A stretch of 64,000 bases of DNA from Pseudomonadota bacterium (lineage in GTDB: Bacteria; Pseudomonadota; Alphaproteobacteria; Acetobacterales; Acetobacteraceae): the NCBI GenBank assembly GCA_021846225.1, contig JAJZCG010000001.1, positions 15,125 through 79,124 on the forward strand, written 5' to 3'. The notes beneath the pieces are model-generated. The model did no database searches and was not told where the DNA came from. It worked only from the letters and a program-made list of their open reading frames with translations. Positions 1 through 8,520 of the stretch are shown here, one piece after another. The position numbers and the translations under genes were made by a program. Every line of letters starts with the position of its first letter. Position 1 is the first letter of the stretch.

Positions 1-2
1 CT

Positions 3-200
3 TTATTCAAGCGCAACCCAGATGCCGCGTACCGGGTGACGATGATGGCGATGGAGATGGCGTTGGCGGCGCATTCTGCAGGCGTGAAGCCGGTTGAGCG
101 GCCCCGGAGCAGAAGATGGTTCGCGACATTGTTTGAACGGCGTGAGGCGGTGCGGCAGCGGCGGGAGCCGGAGATTTCATCGCACGTCATCCAACTTTAA
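3..200 (+). CDS. 3' end of a hypothetical protein (runs off the window start)
   Basis: Frame 3 is open from the window edge: LFKRNPDAAYRVTMMAMEMALAAH...SSHVIQL, stop TAA at 198-200. Family not recognised. Confidence 0.5.
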   Translation, partial: LFKRNPDAAYRVTMMAMEMALAAHSAGVKPVERPRSRRWFATLFERREAVRQRREPEISSHVIQL

Positions 201-255
201 AATTACCAGAATAAGGGGCGATTCAAACTTCTGATTGGGCCGCAAAGCGAGTCAG

Positions 256-585
256 TTAGGAATCGTCGCACTCTAATTTGTAGCGCGCGCGGGTGAGCAC
301 ATCCTCAGTGAGGGCTTCGCGCACCGCGGCCTCGCCGGCCGGAGAGGCCAGAACCACCAGCCGTTTGAAATAAGGCGCCTTGCCGGTTGCCCGGTCCCGG
401 AAGAGTTGCCCCAGTGCGGCGGCGGCGGCCCCGCGCGGGGCGCAGCAGAAGCACGCGGGAAAATGTCCGGGTTTTACCGGGGCGAAGCGGGCGATATGAC
501 CCTGTTTTGGCGGCTCCTGACCTTCTTCCAGCAATACAGCATCGGTGGCGGCGGGGATGCCCCCGCACAAAACTGGAATTTGCAT
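256..585 (-). CDS. Hypothetical 109-aa protein with a CxCC motif, resembling the central part of CobW/COG0523 proteins
   Basis: ATG at 585 (MQIPVLCGG...), motif HFPACFCCAPRGAAAAALGQLF...FKRLVVLAS. Divergent from metH with a 56-bp spacer. Confidence 0.65.
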   Translation of the reverse strand: MQIPVLCGGIPAATDAVLLEEGQEPPKQGHIARFAPVKPGHFPACFCCAPRGAAAAALGQLFRDRATGKAPYFKRLVVLASPAGEAAVREALTEDVLTRARYKLECDDS

Positions 586-641
586 GTGAGTTGCATTGTA
601 CATTCTCTGGACTTGGGGGCAATCCGGTGTATCTGACAAGC

Positions 642-3600
642 ATGTCCAGACCAAATTTATTAGAAGCCCTCGCCCGTAATGTTCTGCTCTGTGATGGCGG
701 TATGGGATCGCGCGTGCAGGCGCTCACGCTTGATGTCGAAAAAGACTATTGGGACAAGGAGAACTGCACGGAGGTGCTGAACCTCTCCAGGCCTGATCTC
801 GTGCGCGATATTCATCGCGGCTATTTTGAGGCCGGGGCCGATATGGTGCAGACCAATAGCTTTGGCGGCTCGCCGATTACGCTGGGCGAGTTTGAGCTTG
901 AGGACCGGGCGTTCGAGATCAACAAAATTGCCGGTGAGCTGGCGCGCGAGGCCGCGGAGAGTTTTGCCGACGGGCGTACCCGCTATGTGGTTGGCAGCAT
1001 CGGGCCGGGAACCAAGCTGCCGAGCCTGGGAAATATTGCCTATGACCCTCTGGAGGAGGCGCTGTTTGTGCAGTCCCAGGGATTGCTGGCGGGCGGGGTG
1101 GATGCGATTCTGATCGAAACCTGCCAGGATACCTTGCAGATTAAAGCCGCGGTGAATGGGGCCAAGCGCGCCCTGACAAAGGCCGGCTCTGGGATTCCGA
1201 TTTTTGTGCAGGTGACGGTGGAAACCACCGGGACGCTGCTGGTGGGGCCCGATATCGCGGCGGCGGCCACGGTGATCAATGCGCTGGACGTGCCGCTGAT
1301 GGGGCTGAACTGCGCCACCGGGCCGCAGGAGATGGCCGAGCATGTGCGCTATCTGAGCCAGAACTGGCCGGGGTTGATTTCCGTGCAGCCCAACGCCGGA
1401 TTGCCGGAGCTGGTGGATGGCAAGACGCATTATCCGCTGGGCGGGCCTGAGATGGCCAGCTGGGTTGAGCGTTTTGTGGCCGAGGACGGGGTGAACCTGG
1501 TTGGCGGCTGCTGCGGCACGAGCATCCCGCATATCCAGGCGCTGGATGCGATGCTCAAGCGGCTGGGAAACCCGCGCCCGGCACCGGTGGCGCGCAAATA
1601 TTTCTGGGTGCCCTCGGTTGCCAGCCTGTATGGCGCCGTGCCGCTGCGCCAGGAGAACAGCTATTTTTCAATCGGTGAGCGCTGCAACGCCAATGGTTCA
1701 AAAAAATGGCGCGAATTGCAGGAAACCGGCGATTGGGATGGTTGCGTGGCGATGGGCCGCGAGCAGGTGGCCGAAGCCTCCAACGCGCTGGATATCTGCA
1801 CCGCGTTTGTGGGCCGTAACGAGATTGCCGAGATGAACCAGGTGATTACGCGCTTCACCTCTTCGGTGAATGCGCCGTTGGTGATCGACTCGACGGAGAC
1901 GCCGGTGATCGAGGCGGCGCTGAAGCTGCATGGCGGCAAGCCTATCATCAACTCGATCAATTTCGAGGATGGCGAGGGCCATGCCACGGAACGGCTGAAG
2001 CTGGCCAAGAAATTCGGCGCGGCGGTGATCGCGCTGACCATCGATGAGGTGGGCATGGCCAAATCGCCCGAGGACAAGCTGCGGATTGCCGCGCGCCTGG
2101 TCGATTTCGCGTGCACAAAATTTGGCTTGCCGCAGAGCGACCTGTTGATCGACCCGCTGACCTTCACGATTGCCACCGGCAACGAGGATGACCGCAAGCT
2201 CGGCCAGTGGACGCTGGAGGGGATCAAGATGATCCGGGATGCGTTCCCGGATATTCAGATTATCCTGGGTCTTTCCAATATTTCCTTCGGGCTGAACCCG
2301 GCGGCGCGCGCGGTGCTGAACTCGGTGTTTCTTGATCATGCGGTGCGCGCGGGGATGACCGGCGCGATTGTGCATGTGTCGAAAATCCGCCCGCTGCATC
2401 TGATCGCGGCGGAAGAGGTGAAGGTTTGCGAGGATCTGATTTTTGACCGCCGGGCAGAGGGTTACGACCCGCTGCAGAAGCTGCTGGAGATTTTTGCTGA
2501 CCGCAAGGCGGTTGATGCAACCAAGAAGAAGCGTGCCGAGACGGTTGAGGGGCGGTTGAAGGACCGCATTGTGGATGGCGACCGCAAGGGGCTGAGCGAT
2601 GAGCTTGACGAGGCGCTGAAGACCAACAAGCCGCTGGATATCATCAATAACATTCTGCTGGAGGGCATGAAGGTGGTTGGCGAGCTGTTCGGCGCAGGCA
2701 AGATGCAGTTGCCGTTCGTTTTGCAGTCGGCGGAGACGATGAAGGCGGCGGTGGCGTATCTGGAGCCGATGATGGAGCGCGTGGCCGGTGAGGAACGCGG
2801 CATCATGGTGCTTGCCACGGTGAAGGGCGATGTTCACGATATTGGGAAAAATCTCGTCGATATTATTTTGACCAACAATGGGTACAAAGTGATTAACCTT
2901 GGCATCAAGGTGCCGCTGGCGGATATGGTGTCGGCGGCGAAGGAACACAGGGCGCATGCGATTGGCATGTCCGGGCTGTTGGTGAAGTCCACCGTGGTGA
3001 TGCGCGAAAATCTCGAGGAAATGTCCCGCCAGGGGTTGGAGATTCCGGTGATGCTGGGGGGTGCTGCGCTGACGCGCAACTATGTGGAAGAGGACTGCGT
3101 GGCGGCCTATACGTCTGGCCGGGTTGCCTATGCGCGTGATGCCTTCGACGGGCTGCACCTGATGGATAAAGTGACGGGCAATGATTTCGACAATTATCTT
3201 GCCGTCATTCAGTCCAAGCGCAAAGGCAAGGCCCGCAACACCAAGCGCAAGCTGGGCGAGGCGGATGCGGCGGCGTTTGCGCCGGTGGATATCGGGGCCG
3301 TGCAGGCCCGCCGGCGGCGTTTGACGCAAGGCGAGCCGGTGATGACCCCGCCGTTTTGGGGGAGCAAGATGATCGAGGCGTCGCCGAAGGCGATTGTGCC
3401 GTTCATCAACGAGCGGTCGCTGTTTCAGTTCCAATGGGGATTCCGCAAACAGGGCAAGTCGCTTGAGGAGTTTTTGGCCTGGGCGCGCCAGGAGTTGCGG
3501 CCGGTTATGAAGCGGATGCTCGATCTTTGTGAAGCGGAGCAGATTTTGAAACCGCAGGCGGCCTATGGCTATTGGAAGGCCGCAGGCCAGGGGAATGACC

Positions 3601-4127
3601 TGATTGTGTTTGCCGAGGACGGCAGGACGGAGGTGGCCCGCTTTAGCCTGCCGCGGCAGCCGAAGGAGGACGGCGAGTGCATCGCTGATTTTTTCCGTGA
3701 CGTGGATGATGACGAGCGCGATGTCATCGGGTTGCAGGTTGTCACGGTGGGGCAACGCGCCTCGGAAGTGGCGCGGGAATGGTTCGAAGCCAACCGGTAT
3801 CAGGATTATTTATACCTGCACGGCCTTTCGGTTGAGATGGCGGAGGCGCTGGCGGAATATACGCATAAGCGGATCCGCGCAGAGCTTGGGTTCGCCGCCG
3901 AGGATGACCGGGATATGGAGAAGCTGCTGCAACAATCCTATCGGGGGTCGCGTTATTCGTTTGGGTATCCGGCCTGCCCGAAACTGGAGGATCAGGAGCA
4001 GCTGCTGCGCCTGCTTGATGCGGAGCGGATTGGTGTTTCACTGTCAGATGAATATCAGCTGCACCCGGAACAATCGACGAGCGCGATTGTGGTTCTGAAT
4101 TCCAGGGCTAAGTATTTCTCGGTGTAG
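642..4127 (+). CDS. metH: Cobalamin-dependent methionine synthase
   Basis: Starts MSRPNLL..LLCDGGMG. Zn-ligand motifs GLNCATGP and GGCCGT, pterin-binding domain, B12 motif DVHDIGKNLV, C-terminal activation domain RYSFGYPACP. The ORF-track start at 387 is an upstream extension. Confidence 0.97.
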   Translation: MSRPNLLEALARNVLLCDGGMGSRVQALTLDVEKDYWDKENCTEVLNLSRPDLVRDIHRGYFEAGADMVQTNSFGGSPITLGEFELEDRAFEINKIAGELAREAAESFADGRTRYVVGSIGPGTKLPSLGNIAYDPLEEALFVQSQGLLAGGVDAILIETCQDTLQIKAAVNGAKRALTKAGSGIPIFVQVTVETTGTLLVGPDIAAAATVINALDVPLMGLNCATGPQEMAEHVRYLSQNWPGLISVQPNAGLPELVDGKTHYPLGGPEMASWVERFVAEDGVNLVGGCCGTSIPHIQALDAMLKRLGNPRPAPVARKYFWVPSVASLYGAVPLRQENSYFSIGERCNANGSKKWRELQETGDWDGCVAMGREQVAEASNALDICTAFVGRNEIAEMNQVITRFTSSVNAPLVIDSTETPVIEAALKLHGGKPIINSINFEDGEGHATERLKLAKKFGAAVIALTIDEVGMAKSPEDKLRIAARLVDFACTKFGLPQSDLLIDPLTFTIATGNEDDRKLGQWTLEGIKMIRDAFPDIQIILGLSNISFGLNPAARAVLNSVFLDHAVRAGMTGAIVHVSKIRPLHLIAAEEVKVCEDLIFDRRAEGYDPLQKLLEIFADRKAVDATKKKRAETVEGRLKDRIVDGDRKGLSDELDEALKTNKPLDIINNILLEGMKVVGELFGAGKMQLPFVLQSAETMKAAVAYLEPMMERVAGEERGIMVLATVKGDVHDIGKNLVDIILTNNGYKVINLGIKVPLADMVSAAKEHRAHAIGMSGLLVKSTVVMRENLEEMSRQGLEIPVMLGGAALTRNYVEEDCVAAYTSGRVAYARDAFDGLHLMDKVTGNDFDNYLAVIQSKRKGKARNTKRKLGEADAAAFAPVDIGAVQARRRRLTQGEPVMTPPFWGSKMIEASPKAIVPFINERSLFQFQWGFRKQGKSLEEFLAWARQELRPVMKRMLDLCEAEQILKPQAAYGYWKAAGQGNDLIVFAEDGRTEVARFSLPRQPKEDGECIADFFRDVDDDERDVIGLQVVTVGQRASEVAREWFEANRYQDYLYLHGLSVEMAEALAEYTHKRIRAELGFAAEDDRDMEKLLQQSYRGSRYSFGYPACPKLEDQEQLLRLLDAERIGVSLSDEYQLHPEQSTSAIVVLNSRAKYFSV

Positions 4128-4132
4128 GGGGC

Positions 4133-4175
4133 GATGACTTCAGCTCCCCCCGCGGCGGGGGGAGCTGAAGTCATC
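4133..4175. terminator. Perfect 20-bp inverted repeat between convergent metH and pstA (probable bidirectional terminator)
   Basis: GATGACTTCAGCTCCCCCCG-CGG-CGGGGGGAGCTGAAGTCATC. Confidence 0.75.
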
Positions 4176-4191
4176 AGCGCGGGCGCTGGGA

Positions 4192-5064
4192 TCAGGTGAG
4201 CTTGGTGCGGCGGATGATCAGGCGCACACCGATATTGATCGCGAGGACGACCAGCATGACCAGGAACGCGGCGGCGAAAGCCAGCGCGTGGGATCGGGCG
4301 TCCGGCTGGTCGATAAAGGTCCAGATGACGTAGGTGAGGTAGCCGATCGGCGCGTTGGTGAGCTTGCCGTTCCAGAGATAATTGGACCAGCCGGCGGTGT
4401 AGATGAGCGGCGCGGTCTCGCCCACGGAAATTGCCAATGCCAGCAGCGCGCCGGTGACGACGCCGGAGGTGGCGCCCGGCAGTACGATTTTGAAGACGAC
4501 GGCGGGTTCGCTGGCGCCGAGGGCGAAGCCGGCCTCGCGCATGGTGTTGGGAACCTGGCGTAAGGCAATCTCGGTGATGCGGGCGAGGTAGGGCACGATG
4601 AGGATGGCGATGGTGATGGCGGCGGCCAGCACCGAGAAATCCCAGCCCAGGGTGGTGACGAAGACGATGTAGGAGAAATATCCGAGTACGATCGAGGGGG
4701 TGCCGGTTAGCACGTCCGATAAAAAGCGGATGGTGTTGCCCAGCTTGTTGCTGCCGTATTCGGCGAGGTAGATGCCGGCGCCAACGCCGATGGGGACGGC
4801 GATGAGCATGCCGCCCGCCGAGATGACGAGTGTGCCCTCGATTGCGTTGAGTAGGCCGCCGGCGGTGCCGTTGGTCGTGGTCGTGAAAAGTTTGAGCGAA
4901 AAGGCCGAGATGCCGTTGAAGGCGACCACGCCGACAATGTCCAGCAATGGGCCGATGACCAGGAGCAGGCCGAGGCCGCAGGCGATCCACCCGATATGGC
5001 TGATGATCGCCCGGCGCAGCGCCAAGGCCTGGAAGCGGGGCTGGTTATTTACGGTTACGGACAC
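4192..5064 (-). CDS. pstA: Phosphate ABC transporter permease PstA
   Basis: Motifs GIYLAEYG, DVLTGTPSIVLG, MREAGFALGA (EAA loop), SVGETAPLI. Probable GTG start at 5064 overlapping the end of pstC. Confidence 0.92.
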   Translation of the reverse strand: MSVTVNNQPRFQALALRRAIISHIGWIACGLGLLLVIGPLLDIVGVVAFNGISAFSLKLFTTTTNGTAGGLLNAIEGTLVISAGGMLIAVPIGVGAGIYLAEYGSNKLGNTIRFLSDVLTGTPSIVLGYFSYIVFVTTLGWDFSVLAAAITIAILIVPYLARITEIALRQVPNTMREAGFALGASEPAVVFKIVLPGATSGVVTGALLALAISVGETAPLIYTAGWSNYLWNGKLTNAPIGYLTYVIWTFIDQPDARSHALAFAAAFLVMLVVLAINIGVRLIIRRTKLT

Positions 5065-5998
5065 TGAGCGCCCCCGAGGTGAGCAGTTTGGCGGTGGCGT
5101 TGACCGCCAGCGTGATGAGGAACAGCACCAGTGCGATTTCAGCGAGCGAGCGTACGGCCATGTTGGTGGGGTCGGACTCGGCGCTGTCCAACTGGCTGAC
5201 GATGAACGAGGCGATGGTGGATACCGGGGAGAACACGCTGGTGGGCAGGATGTTGATGGCGCCGCCGGAGACCATGAGGACGGCCATGGTCTCGCCCAGA
5301 GCGCGGCCGAGGGCCAGGACGATGCCGCCGATGAGCGTGGTGCGGACCATGGGCAGCATGACCTTGGACACCACCTCGAAATGCGTGGCGCCGAGCGCGA
5401 AGGCCGATTCACGGTTTTCCTTGCCGATCTGCATCAGCGAGTCCAGCAAGGTGGTGGCAATGATCGGGGTGATCATCAGTGCCAGGACGATGCTGGCCGC
5501 GAGCAGGCCGTAGCCGTTGCCCGAAGGGGCGAGATATTTTCCGATGAAGGGAACAAGGACGGCAACGCCCCAGAGGCCGAAGACGACAGAGGGAACCACG
5601 GCCACGAGTTCCACCAGCATGGAGAGGGCCGGGCGGATGGGGGGCATCCAGCGCGGACGGGAGCGTTCCAGCTCGGGGACGGCCTCAGCGAGGAAGATGG
5701 CGGCGCCGACGCTGAGCGGCACGGCGATGAGAATGGCGATGAGCGAAGAGGCCAAGGTGCCGATAATGAAGACCAGAATGCCGTAATTGGCGCCGAGGGG
5801 AACCTGGATTCCCTTGATGGTCACGGGGTCGCTGTAGAGATTGCCCAAATTCCAGGTGATTCGGGAGAGAAAGCCAAGGCCGTTGAAGACGATTGCCTGC
5901 CCTGAATAGATGATCAGAAACAAAACAACCGCGCAAAGCGCGGCAGGGACGAACAGGCTCAAACCAAGCAGGGACAAACGAAAGGGCCGGATTTTCAT
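5045..5998 (-). CDS. pstC: Phosphate ABC transporter permease PstC
   Basis: GTLASSLIAILIAVPLS, VPSVVFGLWG, RESAFALGAT, GRALGETMAV motifs. Confidence 0.93.
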   Translation of the reverse strand: MKIRPFRLSLLGLSLFVPAALCAVVLFLIIYSGQAIVFNGLGFLSRITWNLGNLYSDPVTIKGIQVPLGANYGILVFIIGTLASSLIAILIAVPLSVGAAIFLAEAVPELERSRPRWMPPIRPALSMLVELVAVVPSVVFGLWGVAVLVPFIGKYLAPSGNGYGLLAASIVLALMITPIIATTLLDSLMQIGKENRESAFALGATHFEVVSKVMLPMVRTTLIGGIVLALGRALGETMAVLMVSGGAINILPTSVFSPVSTIASFIVSQLDSAESDPTNMAVRSLAEIALVLFLITLAVNATAKLLTSGALSVRNRK

Positions 5999-6015
5999 GG
6001 TCCACCGATGATTAG

Positions 6016-6050
6016 AAAAAAAAACCCCTCCCGGCCAGAGCCGGAAGGGG
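6016..6050 (-). terminator. Rho-independent terminator between pstS and pstC
   Basis: Minus strand CCCCTTCCGGC-TCTG-GCCGGGAGGGG followed by 9 T. Confidence 0.8.
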
Positions 6051-6062
6051 CATTTTTGAAAA

Positions 6063-7130
6063 TTAGTGGATTTTCGCGATCTGGGTCTGGGAGAGGGTCA
6101 CGATCGCGGCGGGCAGCGGCAGGAAGTGAACCTGGGAGAGGTACTTCATGTCGTTACCGGAGGTCAGCGCCCAGTTCAGGAACGTCTTGACCGCGGTTGC
6201 GGTTTCAGCGTTCGGCTGCGCGGTGTTGATGATCGCATATTCGTAGTTGGCGATCGGGTAGGCGTTGGCGCCGTGCGCGAAGACCATGCTGATGCGCTCG
6301 TCGGGCGGGGTCTGGGTCACGATGCTGTTCGCCGCGGTGCCAACGGTGGCGGCGGTGGGCAGCTCGTAGTTGCCATCGGCATTCTTGAGCTTGGCAACGC
6401 CGAGGCCGGCCTTGGCGGCCTGATCGGAGAAGCTGACGCCGATGTAGGCGATGGAGTAGGGGTTGGCGGTGGCGGCGGAAACCATGCCGGAGTTGCCGTT
6501 CGCGCCGATCCCGCCGGTGACAGCCGGCCAGGAGACGGCGGTGCCGTAATCAACGGTGTGGGCCCAGGCGGGGGTCGAGTCGGAGAGATACTGCGTGAAG
6601 ATGAAGGTATCGCCCGAACCGTCAACACGGTGGATGGGGATGATCACATGTGCGGGCAGCTTAACGCCGGGGTTGGCGGCCTTGATCGCCTTGTCGTTCC
6701 ACATGGTGATCTTGCCGGAATAGATGCCAGCCAGGATCGGGCCGGACAGCTTGATGTTCTTGTCGTTCAGGCCGGGCAGGTTGAAGTTGATCGCCTGCGC
6801 GGAAATGGCCAGCGGGATGCTGAGCATGCCGGGGTTCTTCTTCACGATGCCGTCGGAGAGATAGGCATCGGAGGCGCCGATCTGCACCAGACCCTTGATG
6901 GACTGCGCGATGCCAGCACCCGAACCGGTGGAGGTCGTGGTCAGCTGGATGCCGGGGTTGGCGGCGGTGAAGTCAGGGACCCAGAGGTTGAACAGCGGGT
7001 ACAGCAGGCTGGAGCCGGTCTCAACCAGCGTGGTGGTGGCATGAGCAGTGCCGGCAGCGCCCAGGGCAACGGCCAGAGCAAGAGCGGCGGCGCCGGAATT
7101 GCGCAGTTTGGTGCTAAGTTTCACGTTCAC
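6063..7130 (-). CDS. pstS: Periplasmic phosphate-binding protein PstS
   Basis: GSSLLYP, TGSGAGI, GASDAYL, RVDGSGDTFIFTQYL, YPIANYEY motifs. Signal peptide ends in AHA. Confidence 0.95.
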   Translation of the reverse strand: MNVKLSTKLRNSGAAALALAVALGAAGTAHATTTLVETGSSLLYPLFNLWVPDFTAANPGIQLTTTSTGSGAGIAQSIKGLVQIGASDAYLSDGIVKKNPGMLSIPLAISAQAINFNLPGLNDKNIKLSGPILAGIYSGKITMWNDKAIKAANPGVKLPAHVIIPIHRVDGSGDTFIFTQYLSDSTPAWAHTVDYGTAVSWPAVTGGIGANGNSGMVSAATANPYSIAYIGVSFSDQAAKAGLGVAKLKNADGNYELPTAATVGTAANSIVTQTPPDERISMVFAHGANAYPIANYEYAIINTAQPNAETATAVKTFLNWALTSGNDMKYLSQVHFLPLPAAIVTLSQTQIAKIH

Positions 7131-7201
7131 GTTCCTTTTGTGATGTCCCCGAGTGGAGAGCCCGATCGGATAGCGGGATCACCCCGCATGTTCGTGGCAA
7201 T

Positions 7202-7253
7202 AATTGAACAATGTGACAAAGGCGACGGGGGTTCGGTTGCAGTTTTATGACAT
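7202..7253 (-). promoter_or_regulatory. Pho box(es) upstream of pstS
   Basis: Minus strand 7253-7236 ATGTCATAAAACTGCAAC matches CTGTCATAAAACTGTCAC at 15 of 18 positions. A second half-site TTGTCAC lies at 7219-7213. Confidence 0.75.
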
Positions 7254-7339
7254 TTAGGCGGCGGCTGCCCAAGCCAGAATGAAATATACGAGGCCAGCGC
7301 TGCTAATTTTTTTGTGACACCGGGGGTTTTCCTGGGCGA

Positions 7340-7996
7340 TTAACGCAGATGTCCGGCGAAAAACGCCAAACTGCGGAGTTCGGCCAGCTCGCTGTCGGCT
7401 GGGTTGTAGCTTGCGCGCGCCTCACAACCAAACCCATGCTGTGCGCCGGGGTAGACGAAGACCTCGACCTCTGGCCGCGCGGCTTTGATCGACTCGACAT
7501 CGGAGAGGGGGATGCCTTTATCCTCGGCGCCGAAATGCAGCTGGACCGGGCAGTTGGGCCGCAGCTGCCGTTGCGCGGCGATGCCGCTGCCATACCAGCC
7601 GATGGCCGCCTTGAAAGCCGTGCTTTTTGTTGCCCCCAGCCATGCCAGCGAGCCACCCCAGCAGTAGCCGATAATGCCAACCGGTTTGCCGCCAAAGGCC
7701 GAGGCGGTGGCCAGAATATCGGCCAGCACGGCGGATTCGGGGATTTGGCTCCGCAGGTCGATGCCTTTTTTGATGTCTTCGGGTTCGTAGCCAAGCTCGA
7801 CTCCGCGTTCTGCGCGGTCAAACACCGCCGGGCAAAGGACGCGGTAGCCAAATCCGGCCAGACGCTCGGAAACTAAACGCATATGCGCGTTCACGCCAAA
7901 AATCTCCTGCAGAACGACCAGCCCGCGTGGCGCGTTGACGTTGCCGGCCTCGAAAACCGCAAACTCGTGCCCGTCGGAGGCGGTCAATTTCAGCAT
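7340..7996 (-). CDS. Dienelactone hydrolase family protein
   Basis: QEIFGVN, GYCWGG nucleophile elbow and YPGAQHGF motifs. Confidence 0.92.
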   Translation of the reverse strand: MLKLTASDGHEFAVFEAGNVNAPRGLVVLQEIFGVNAHMRLVSERLAGFGYRVLCPAVFDRAERGVELGYEPEDIKKGIDLRSQIPESAVLADILATASAFGGKPVGIIGYCWGGSLAWLGATKSTAFKAAIGWYGSGIAAQRQLRPNCPVQLHFGAEDKGIPLSDVESIKAARPEVEVFVYPGAQHGFGCEARASYNPADSELAELRSLAFFAGHLR

Positions 7997-8024
7997 GAAG
8001 GACTCCTGTGATTATGAAATTATA

Positions 8025-8504
8025 TTAAGGATGCGCGAGGTATGCGAAATCGCGCGCCAGGGTTTCGTAAATTTCCCGTTTGAAGGGGACGGCGAGGCTG
8101 GGCAGTTCGGCGAGCGGCACCCATTTCCAGGCGTCGAATTCAGGGTGGGCGTGGGCGTCCAGCCGGACATCGGAGTCTTGCCCCAGAAACTTCAAGGCAA
8201 ACCATTTCTGGCTTTGTCCACGGTAGCGGCCATGCCAGGTTTTGCGTTGCAGGCTCTTTGGGAAGTCATACTGCAGCCAGCCTGGATGTTCGCCCAGGAT
8301 ATCGGCGTCGGCGGTGCCGATTTCCTCCAGAAGCTCGCGCAAAACCGCCGTGCGCGGGTCTTCTCCCTCGTCAATTCCCCCTTGTGGCAACTGCCATGCG
8401 GCATTTGCCACGCCGGCGCGCCGGCCGACCAGTACGCGGCCATCCGGCCCGAACAGCACCGCGCCCACGTTCATACGGTAAGGCAGGGACATCCAATCAG
8501 TCAT
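8025..8504 (-). CDS. rppH: RNA pyrophosphohydrolase (Nudix)
   Basis: YRMNVG, WQLPQGGIDEGEDPRTAVLRELLEEIG, YRGQSQKWF, PEFDAWKW. Confidence 0.92.
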   Translation of the reverse strand: MTDWMSLPYRMNVGAVLFGPDGRVLVGRRAGVANAAWQLPQGGIDEGEDPRTAVLRELLEEIGTADADILGEHPGWLQYDFPKSLQRKTWHGRYRGQSQKWFALKFLGQDSDVRLDAHAHPEFDAWKWVPLAELPSLAVPFKREIYETLARDFAYLAHP

Positions 8505-8520
8505 GCGCGATCAGACCGGT

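Noticed and set aside
387-641. 85-codon N-terminal extension of metH in the ORF track
   Set aside because: It overlaps the opposite-strand CxCC gene, and MetH similarity begins at MSRPNLL (642).
586-641. Cobalamin or SAM riboswitch upstream of metH
   Set aside because: Only 56 bp are available and no B12-box or SAM-II/alpha motif is visible.
1698-3755. Long antisense and alternate-frame ORFs (e.g. 685 aa opposite metH; similar ones opposite gpmI, pstS, nuoL and nuoN)
   Set aside because: These are shadow ORFs expected from high GC3 codon bias. They are rich in Arg, His and Gly, have no recognisable motifs and fully overlap well-supported genes.
5065-5412. Upstream extension of the pstA ORF (406 aa in the track)
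   Set aside because: It lies inside pstC in another frame and has low-complexity Ser/Pro/Arg composition.
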